Shown here: positions 12,571-22,100 of the stretch, piece after piece | Layout: each line of letters starts with the position of its first letter | Position numbering within the stretch: the stretch's first letter is position 1 | Assembly: GCA_032718475.1 (NCBI GenBank) | Contig: JAUCBJ010000239.1 | Span: 1-56,310 of the forward strand | Reading direction: 5' to 3' | DNA length: 56,310 nucleotides | Source: Nemertoderma westbladi | Taxonomy: Eukaryota > Animalia > Xenacoelomorpha | The notes under the pieces: model-generated | The model's database searches: none | What the model was told of the DNA's origin: nothing | The model's input: only the letters and a program-made list of their open reading frames with translations | Translations under genes and position numbers: made by a program

Positions 12571-13161
12571 ATGGCGAACAATGGGTTAGTTGGAGCCGCC
12601 GTGATTTTCAGTGTGGTTTTATTTTTCACATGGCGCGATCTTTCTCAATCTTCAAGTTCCGCTCAACAACATGAAGTTGACGATTCCAGGAAACCGTTGA
12701 AACACTTTGCAGGCCCTGTCCTGCGAGTTCTTTACTGCACCTCCTGAGGTTACCAGAGGCTTTATCAGGATTTCTCATTCCTGGTGAAGCAACATTTCCC
12801 GGATATTGAGGTGCAAGGTGAGAATTTTCCACCTGGCCCTGTTTATTCGGCTGCTGCTCAAATTATATCCATGCTCAAAATGCTCACAATACTCTGTATA
12901 GTATTCCAAATCAATCCTTTTCAACATTTCGGGGTTGCTACCCCACCTTTGTTCGAGTGGGCTCTCGATAATAAGATGTACTCATGCCTTATGCTATTCT
13001 TCGTATGCAACGCAATAGAAACTCAGTTGATATCCACGGGTGCTTTTGAAGTGAGTTTCAATGATGTGTCTGTTTGGTCTAAACTCAAATCGGGTCGTGT
13101 CCCTTCCGTTGAGGAACTGGTGATGATAATAGAAAACCAGGCGAAGTTCAGACAGATGTAA
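12571..13161 (+). CDS. SELENOT: Selenoprotein T (thioredoxin-like Rdx family), 196 aa, Sec at TGA 12745..12747; coding region intronless
   Basis: Frame from ATG 12571 reads MANNGLVGAAVIFSVVLFFTW (signal-peptide-like)...GPVLRVLYCTS-U-GYQRLYQDFSFLVKQHFPDIEVQGENFPP...NKMYSCLMLFF...STGAFEVSFNDVSVWSKLKSGRVP. It is in frame with track ORF 12784..13161, carries the CxxU motif, and has a SECIS downstream. Confidence 0.95.
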
Positions 13162-13885
13162 TTAATTATGATTACACAATGATATTCTGAAAAGTATTTA
13201 TTTTAAATGTTTTATTGTTTCTTACCCGCTGGTATTTACCGGTACTGAGTTTTCATGTTCGGGTCATTGGTAAGATCATTTTTCGCATTCCATGAGGTTC
13301 ATAGCTCTGTACCGGTAAGCTTACCCTTTTTGCTGTAGGCTTCTGTGCATTACAATATAGTGCTTTTTCGTTTTGTGTGCTTGGGAAATAAAGGACCCCG
13401 TAGATTTTTTTATTATATAGATAGATATTGGTGGGGTTTTGGTTTCATTTCAATAACATAGTCAGTCAATTGGGAAATATAAAATATCAACTTGACTTAT
13501 TTTTGGCGTAAATTTTTTCCATGTGGAATTAGTTCCGACTTGCGCGTTTATGAGAATTGTACAATGTGGCACAATGTCCAGGTCCACAGTGTGCACTGTG
13601 CAGTGGGTTCATATTTAATAGACAATCCTTGTGGTATTTTTTAAGTATAGCAAATATTTCGGTATATACTATGTAGATATTCCTTTTTACCTATTCATTA
13701 AAGTTCAAACGATAACATAATTCTATTTGATATTATTCTTGAATATATACTTCAATCCTAATCTATATAGTAATTTTCTTAATTAAAGATTCTGTTTTTA
13801 TATGTTGCGATATCCATTATATCATCCACCTTACCCCTGTTATGTGTTGTTTAAAGGAAATAACTTCAAGTTCTATCTGAAAGTA

Positions 13886-13966
13886 ATATTTGCAGCGGTA
13901 TGACGGTATTTACTGAAACCGAAGTATTTCGGTTGTATCTACCTGAAGATTAATAATGCCAAATAT
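13886..13966 (+). promoter_or_regulatory. SECIS element (form 2) of SELENOT
   Basis: ATGA at 13900..13903; helix II GGTATTTAC/GTATCTACC; unpaired AAA 13916..13918; mini-stem CCGAA/TTCGG; closing TGAA 13944..13947; helix I ATATTTG/CAAATAT. Confidence 0.88.
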
Positions 13967-14083
13967 GTATGTTCAGATACGAACCTGTAGTTATTGGTTT
14001 GTTTATTTTTTTGTAATTAAGTATATATTATTAGCGTTAAGTGTACGTAGATAGCCGCTTGTTTAGGGTTTATGTATCCCAAC

Positions 14084-14105
14084 AATAAATATGTTATTCA
14101 ATAAA
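14084..14105 (+). promoter_or_regulatory. Candidate polyadenylation signals of SELENOT
   Basis: AATAAA at 14084..14089 and 14100..14105, ~120 nt after the SECIS. Confidence 0.5.
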
Positions 14106-14986
14106 TGTTTATCTTTCTATACAATCATATTTATCTATAGTTGGAGTAATTTAAAGTATACTGTATTTTCCATCAAAGAACCGCCGGAAATCAAACATAA
14201 TATTTTGTATATTGTATTTTTTATTTGGTCTCCAATATTCTGGGTATAAAGGACTCGAACTACAATTTTCCGGACGCATGGCCATAAAAATTAAAAGCCA
14301 TGGCCTTTACAGATAATGGCAATTCGGTATGAATTGTGTCGAATTACTCGTGTCCGAAATGAATGGTCCTAGTTGGTCGGAATTTTCCGGTCCCTTTTCC
14401 CGGTACTGCTACACGAATATATATCATTATCAAAACGAAACCCAGAATATATTTTCGTTTTCTGGTAATTTATTGTCCTTCTAACATGTTGTTTCAAGGT
14501 AACTCAAACACGAACCGAACATTGTATTCTGATACCTAAACCAATTTCGTTTCAAATACAAACGTTTTTTACAGGTAACATTGACTACGGCTATAGTTTC
14601 ATATTTATTCGAGATGGAGGAAAAATTAATTCTGTTAGTCATTAGCAAGAGATAAAAAGTTGCAACCTACCAAGTTAGTTTTTTTGTGAAACTTTATTAA
14701 ATTTAGTTATTGGTTTTTACTCCTTTCGTTTAGCATCTGCAAATTTTTTAGTTGTTAATCTAGTCATCAGTAATCACTATTGCGGGTGAGGGGGGGGGGG
14801 GGGGGGATCAATTGATCAATCAATCATACGATTGATTAATATGGTATAAGTAACTGTATAATAAATAAAATAATAACTATTTATATACCGGTATGTAATA
14901 TTTATTATCACTTTGGTTAATTTGCGGTGCAAGAAGTGATTTATATGTTTATCCAATAATATAATTGTTTTATAGAACCACCTGTT

Positions 14987-15043
14987 TTTATCAAGCCAGC
15001 ATAGCATTCTTGTATGCAGCTGCAATGCAGCATGCCTATTCTA
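14987..15043 (+). mobile_element. Short 3' end fragment of the RTE-type LINE
   Basis: caagccagcatagcattctt..atgcagctgcaatgcagcatgcctattcta matches the LINE stop codon and 3' UTR. Confidence 0.6.
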
Positions 15044-16119
15044 AATCTCGAGATACAGTGGAACATATTTACATCTTGATCAAATTATAAACAAGGAAAT
15101 AACACCCATTCAAATTGTATTTTACAGTTCGACAGACTACATGTGTACCAAGTTTGGATTAATTTCATAATTTAGATTGAGTGAGTTTTTAGCATACAAA
15201 CATTAGGCGACAGACAGACCGACCTACAGGCAGACAATGTGTGAAATAGCGGTGCTGGTATACTAAGCGTGCTGATTCACTACGTGGATCGCCGCACAGA
15301 TGTGGGAAATACAAAACTGATAGACGGGGGACTTGACGCAAATCACACCTCGGTGAATTCATATCTCTCTTCAATTACCCATTAAGGGAAAGGAGCAGGT
15401 TTCAGTGGTACGTTATTCTAACCAAAACAATAAACAAAAGCCAATTAAACAGGTTACAGGTTTATTTTTGGGAGTAATCTGCTGTTATTTGCATCCACTT
15501 TCCCCTGGAGCGAGATGAATTTTGATTGCGTCGAAAGCTCCGCATCTGATTGCTGGCCACATCTATAAGAGCATAACAGTTTGCAGTCAGAAAATATATT
15601 TGCCACTGACTGCAGTTGAATTCACAACAAGCTGATGAACACTACACAGTTATTAGAGGACATCTGATTATATTTTGATTATAATTATTTTGGAAGTCCT
15701 GTCACGTGCTGCGCGAAGGCCCCACTCCGTGTACTGTTGTAGGCCAAACACTGTTATGTGATTGATTTACATGTAAACAAATGAAGTATCATGAATGAAC
15801 TTTGAACTATATTTACAGTAGTATAAATAAGATAAATTGGGCGTGAAGAGTTAAATTATTATTTTGTAATTTAAATTATTAGTTTGATTTGATTTGGTTG
15901 GATGCTAATGCGAAGAAAGGGCTGGACGATTTGTGGTGGCATTTAATAATAATTTTTGTTATTTAATTTAATAAAGTAATATTGACTTTCAATTAATTTA
16001 ATTGATATTTTAATTTATTAATTTGTAAACTCGATATAACAAACACGACATCATCCATCATCGCGTTAGTTATACTGTAGTGTTTTCTAGGTCAGGTTAG
16101 GTATTCTAGGTCATTGATC

Positions 16120-18750
16120 AAGAAAACTTGCCACCTCCATGCAGCATAAAGGAGGTGCTCCCTTTGGCTGCAGAGACCCTCTTACAGGGCAAATCTGGTC
16201 CTGTAAATATGACCCCCTTCGTTCTGGGATAAGGACGCCCTTGGTCCTGGATTAAGGACGCATATACTTGGCTGCAGGGGTATATGGCCTGGCCAGGCAG
16301 ATGATGATCTACTAATGGCTGGTCAGTAGTAGTGTTTTCATGACCACTCTGAGTGCACCTGCGACCTGCACCTGGCAGCAGGGGTACAGGGCATTGCCCA
16401 GCAGATGAGCTGCACAGCCAATGGTGGGTCATGTGCGCGCGTCAGCATAGGTATGGGTGATGTGCCTCATATCTGACTCCACAGCGACACCCACCCTGTG
16501 GTATGGCAAACCAGGGTGTGGTACTGTATTTGTCCCGAGAGGTGACTCAGCAAAAAAGCACGCCCCAACCCCCACTATAGATTACATTAGTAATGCGCAG
16601 GTCCGGCAACTAGAGGCCAGTGGAATTACCGGACACAATTGGCCTGACATGCGTCAGTTATCTCAAAACGGCTGCCTGTCTCACCCCCTACTGGAGAGAG
16701 AGCGGCCAACAGTTCTGTGAGTCCCTTTCCTGATGACCTTTCTGGCCCAAACCCTGGGTCACCAGGGAGGCCAGATTGTGAGGGAGAGAGTGATTCTGGA
16801 GTTGGAGGCTACTCTCATGTTCCACCCCGACCAACCAAGCCATTGGTGAATCTGAGGCAAGTCACTAGACCTGCCTCAGTTAACACCCTAACACTCAGGT
16901 CCCCAAATGCGACAAGGTGAGCAGACTGCCTCGGCAGATAAGCTTTCTCTTAACGCAGTGGGTGTTCAAGAGCACCGAATGCAGACTGGACAGACTGATG
17001 AGGTTCTGATTAAGGACATGGGGGCGGCACTCGCCCTCGCATCAGAAGATTATAGTGGCAATGGTGGAATTGGTTTATTGATGAATCCAACTGCACATAC
17101 AGCATTGGATAAAATAGACCAAATCTCTAACAGCATCATCCATTGCCACTTCTCATGTTCTGGAAGACTGGCTAAGAAGTTTCCTAAGGTGGTTCTGATT
17201 GTGTACTACTCTCCAACTTGTGTTGCCACTGTAGAGGTGGAATATTTCTACCACAATCTACAAGCAGCTACCGATGGAGTGGATCAGCATGCATTCTTAA
17301 CATTCCTGGGAGACTTTAATGCAAGTCTGCATCAATCACCTACATCCCCTGGGTCTACACCCATAGTGATAGTGTTAACCGAAATTCCGTCCATCTACAG
17401 GATTTAATCTCTGAAAATGGATTGTTTTCGGCTGGAACCCAGTTCAAGAAGCGAACTGGAAAGCTATGGACTCATAGTGGACCCAGTGGTCACAAGTCAA
17501 GCCATATTCTGTTTCGTAGTAAATACAGGAGCTTTATTCAAGACTGTAATGCATTTACAGTTCGACCCTTCACCAGTGATCAACGCCTTATTGTGGCCAA
17601 GGTAAGACTTAGTCTGCGTGCTAGAAGAACAACGAAATCTGTCTTGCCGCGGCATGACTGGTCCTCTCTGTTGCAACAGCCAAATGTGAGATACAGCTTC
17701 ACACTACAGCTGAGCAACATGTACAGTATGAGGTTATTGTTTCTGAGGTAGCAGATCACTGCGAGGGCTACAGTATACTGCCTTCACAGAAGCAGTTAAG
17801 TTAGCAGCTGCTGAAACAGTTCCTGTATACCCTCGTAACAGGAAAAGGGCCCCCTGGGCTGACCACAAAATTCCGAAATGCCGAAATTACCTCTATAAGG
17901 CGCAGAAAGAGTCCCGACTCAAACAGACTACAGTGGCCAATGCAGTTCAAGCTGCATCTAGGTCCCTGTACAGGCAGTACTCTGTTTATCTACAGGAGCT
18001 TATAAACCAACATGTTGACGCCATCAATAATGCCGACCACAGCAGGCAATCATCCCAGGCACATCTACTTGCTTACAGTACTGGGAGGAAAAGCCAACCA
18101 ACCACCAAGGTTAAGGTAGAATCACCAGCCGATCGGCTCAATGGTTGGATGGCCCACTTTGAAAAGCTCCTCAATAATGACAGGATATTGCCCGATAACT
18201 TTATAGAAGTAAAAGTGTCTGAGTCTGTACTCCCAGATATTCCCATTGGCGATGTCTCCTTTCCAGAAGTGTAGGTTGCTGCAAATATCATTAAGACCAA
18301 TCGTGCCAGTGCCAGTGGAGTATATGGTGTTCCACCTGAGATCTTTAAAATACCCGAGTGGTTAAAGCGCATCTATCCCATCATAGTAGACATGTACAGA
18401 ACAACAAGAGTCCCACAAGAAATGAAAATAAATAAGTTGGTGCCAGTTCCCAAGAAGGGCAACTTAATTAACACTCCATGGTTCTTTTCGGGGAATGTCA
18501 TTGATCTCGATTGCTGCAAAAAATATACAATAGAATTCTATTAAATTGCATCAGTGAACCCATTGAGAGACTGCTCCATGGAAATCAGAATAGGTTCCGT
18601 AAAGGTCTTGGGACCATGGAGCAGGATCGACCAGGATAATTGAAGAGTTATCAAAAAAGAAAGACAGGCACCTGGCTGTTATCTTTGTTGACTTCTACAA
18701 CAAGGCCTTTGATTCAGTCTGACTGTATGTACGAACTGTATGTTCAGCAT
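16120..18750 (+). mobile_element. Decayed RTE-type LINE, 5' part (GC-richer 5' UTR, AP-endonuclease, start of RT); left boundary approximate
   Basis: Frameshifted pieces AVGVQEHR, GGIGLL, YSPT, LGDFNA, WTH, SDQRL, VPVPKKGN; 18525..18750 aligns to the minus-strand LINE RT. Confidence 0.9.
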
Positions 18751-19901
18751 TGTAAAGGCTTTTGCGGATCTAGCTAGTTATTTTCCCCGCAAAGTACTCT
18801 GTGTTTTAGTGGATATAAAGAGCCATTTCTTCTGTATGTGTGCTTTAGCGGACATAACTAGCTGTGTACTTTAGCGGACATAACTAGCGATCTTATGTCG
18901 CAATAAGCCAAAATCCTCTTGATACAGTGTAGTTACCATGACGACATCTAACAGCTGATATGTCCACGTGTAACATTTCTTTGTTCCTTGTTCTCTCTTT
19001 GTTCGGTCGACCAATCAGAGCGTTTTTTGACTCTGTGTTGGAGATTGTATACAGAAACTCATGAATTGAGTCAGTATGTGTATTTTGTCCACAGCCAGAA
19101 GACCGGCTTTGGAGTTACTGTGTTTCAGGCTTTAGCTAAACATTAGTAGGCTTTGGTCATAGAAACGTATAACTGTTATCAAACCAACTCAGTACATATG
19201 CATTATGCTTTCACCGCATTATTTCACTGCTATTTATGGTTTATTCGGTTATTAATTATATCAGTTGATGGAATCTTGTTATATTTGGATAATATCTATA
19301 AATAATCAGAAAACCCCAATCTTCTTGATATACTGAAGGTTAGAGAGACCGGTTACATATAACAATTGCGACTTACATTAAAGTGGTTTTGGAGTGAATC
19401 TAATGCTATTTCATAGGCACTACATGAGTCGTTTGCTGTTCTCTTTATATGTGACTAAAATTAGTGAAGGTCGGCAGATCGGTGTGCAGCATTGTGCAGT
19501 AGTGTGCATGATTGTGACTGATAACAAAGCATCTCCTAAAGAATGCGCTTTATACGTGAATCCATAGCCATCCCGTTGTGTCTAGTGTAAGTCATAACTC
19601 TGTTTACATATTTAGAGCGCCACGTCCTAGAGGAACTGTTAATATTTCCCGAAAGTGAATAATATTGGTCAGAGATTATATATTAACAATCAGTCGAATA
19701 ATACAGTAGGCCTACACCGCAATAAGGTCAAAGCTTCCGAATCCAGTCTCCCGGGTATATCCAGCGGGTGAATGGTCGCGCATAGACTGGCTTCGGCTAA
19801 TGTAGTGTATCAAATACTCGTCATAGGCTAAAGTCGATTTATAATCTAGAAGACATCCAAATTTGGCAGGTTAAACTGCTAAAGGTCTGAAAGCGCGAAC
19901 A
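18751..19901 (+). repeat. 5' LTR of element A (1151 bp)
   Basis: TGTAAAGG...GCGAACA; differs from the 3' LTR by about 5 substitutions and one 4-bp indel (by eye). Confidence 0.97.
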
Positions 19902-19912
19902 ATAACAGTTAT
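19902..19912 (+). promoter_or_regulatory. Non-tRNA primer-binding site of element A (ATAACAGTTAT), complementary to LTR 19169..19179
   Basis: No TGG after the LTR; exact reverse complement ATAACTGTTAT lies inside the LTR. Confidence 0.7.
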
Positions 19913-20182
19913 TGCTTCTGTATTGCAGTAGGCAATAAAGCTGAAGTACCGGTCAACTGGTACCCGCAGTAGACCTGACTGCCTAACTACCCGAACCGGT
20001 ACTTACAGCAGTACAGGTACAGCAGTATTATTCGATTTTGATAATTATATACCGGTAGGTCTTAATAAGTAATCGGGGACGCCTGGCTTTTATTGGGATT
20101 TTACTTAGGCCTATTTCTGTCAGTTTTATTTATTTGTAGGCTAATATTGAGCAGAAGACGTGTAAGCCTGCTCAGATTGTAC

Positions 20183-20761
20183 AGATAATTTGTAGGCTGG
20201 ACTGTTGTCTGACTGTTGTTAAGTCTGAAGAGATTGCGGTGTGTGTAGAGTGTATGTCCGATAAAGTACTAGTTAGGAAAGTAGGGGCTTCCAGTGCTGT
20301 GAGGTAAATCCCCTCGAAAGAATAAGTCGTACTACTCGGTTAGAACGCATACTAACTAACCATTTCGGAGTCTGCATATACTGTAGTTTGTTTAGGCTTG
20401 ATAGTAGTCTGCCAGAGTTTGGTCTGTATTTTGTATGTGTAGTCTGTACGGGTAGCGTAATATTTCTTATTTAGATAATTTGTAGGCTGGATTGTTGTCT
20501 GGCTGTTGTTAAGTTTGAAGAGATTGCGGTGTGTGTAGAGTGTATGTCCGATAAATTACTAGTTAGGAACGTAGGGGCTTCCAGTGCTGTGAGGTAAATC
20601 CCCTTGAAAGAATAAGTCGTACTACTCGGTTAGAACGCATACTAACTAACCATTTCGGAGTCTGCATATACTGTAGTTTGTTTGGGCTTGATAGTAGTAT
20701 GCCAGAGTTTGGTCTGTATTTTATTTGAGTAGTCTGTACGCGTAGCGTAATATTTATTATT
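20183..20761 (+). repeat. Two ~290-bp direct repeats in the 5' leader of element A
   Basis: agataatttgtaggctgga... begins at 20183 and 20473; copies are highly similar. Confidence 0.92.
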
Positions 20762-22100
20762 CAGAGTTTATGCGATTATTCGCAACATTCACAACCCCAA
20801 GTTTATTCCTACAGTAATTGTGCTTGTTATACATACCGTTATAGTTAAATTAACCCCGGTACTACATCAGGGCTGCTTGGCGTAGGTAAAGACTGGTGAT
20901 TTTGTGCCCCGGTCACTCCAGTAGATACCGTGGTTCTTTTAGCTGTACAAGTATTTCTAACTGCTAGTTATTTGTTGTATAAGTACTTGTACCTAATTGA
21001 GGGTTTAGTGTACAGTGCTTTCCGAAAGTAATTAGTGTGTAGGCAGTATATTTGTGTTGTAAAGTGGTTAATAGGCACGTTGGTTCTGGTAGACCGCGGT
21101 AATTAACTTCTAGGTAGGAACACTCCGTGGTACATAACGTAGTACTTATAGCAATATGGCTATAAGTCGTCAGACGGTGGTATTTTTCCTATCTGGACAA
21201 CGCAGTATATTTACTACTGCTTAGTTATTTTCAAATACCGTAGTATCCTGTCTGTTTGTAATAACCAGATATTCTAACCCTTTGTGAGGCTGGTTTGTAG
21301 ACTTCTTGTAAAATTACCCTAAAAATTCGTACGTGTAATTTTTGTGTTTATTTAGAGATTGTAATCTCACCCCGAATTGTACATAATTTGTAGTATTAAG
21401 TAACTTAGGTAAATTAGAATTATTTGTTTTAGTGTCCAACAAGTAGCACTTCACTGAGAGCGTACCGCTTCTGTGCAGTGACTCCTTCCCAGAAATAATA
21501 ACATTTATTTCAAATATTGACAAAACCCATTATAGGGATATAAATATTATAAATCAACTCAAACCGATTTATAAAATAGTAGGCCTGTCATACATCAATT
21601 AGGTCTTAATGTCAGTTGGACTACTGCTTAAATAACGGTAATCAAGTAAAGTAAAGTAACCAAGTAACCCCAAAAAAAAATTCAGAAATTCAATTATTCT
21701 AAAATAATTGACATACCGGTATTTACGATAGGCTTATTATATTTATTTCTATAAATTTAGGCTGAAATTATATAGCGGTATTCTGTAATTAATTCTAGTC
21801 CATAATTATACTTATATATACTATAAGTGTAAGCTGTATACCGGTATTCACGATAGGCCTATTATATATTTGTATATATTTGTGCTGAAATTATTTACTG
21901 GTATTCTGTGACAAACCTAGTCTGTAATAATACTTATATATATACTATAGGTGTATACCGGTATTCTAATATATTGTATATATATCACATTACATAGAGT
22001 AACGATATCGGTAATTAATTACTAGGCTAACGGTGATACTGAATTACTAGACTTGCTGTAACTGTAATATAGCAGTAGGCATTCAACTATACAATCAAAC

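Noticed and set aside
12784-13161. 125-aa protein starting at GTG
   Set aside because: It is the C-terminal part of SELENOT downstream of the Sec codon.
16300-16760. Self-cleaving ribozyme (HDV-like or hammerhead) in the RTE 5' UTR
   Set aside because: Plausible for the family and a CTGATGA occurs near 16730, but I could not assemble a convincing fold by eye; it needs a covariance-model or descriptor search.
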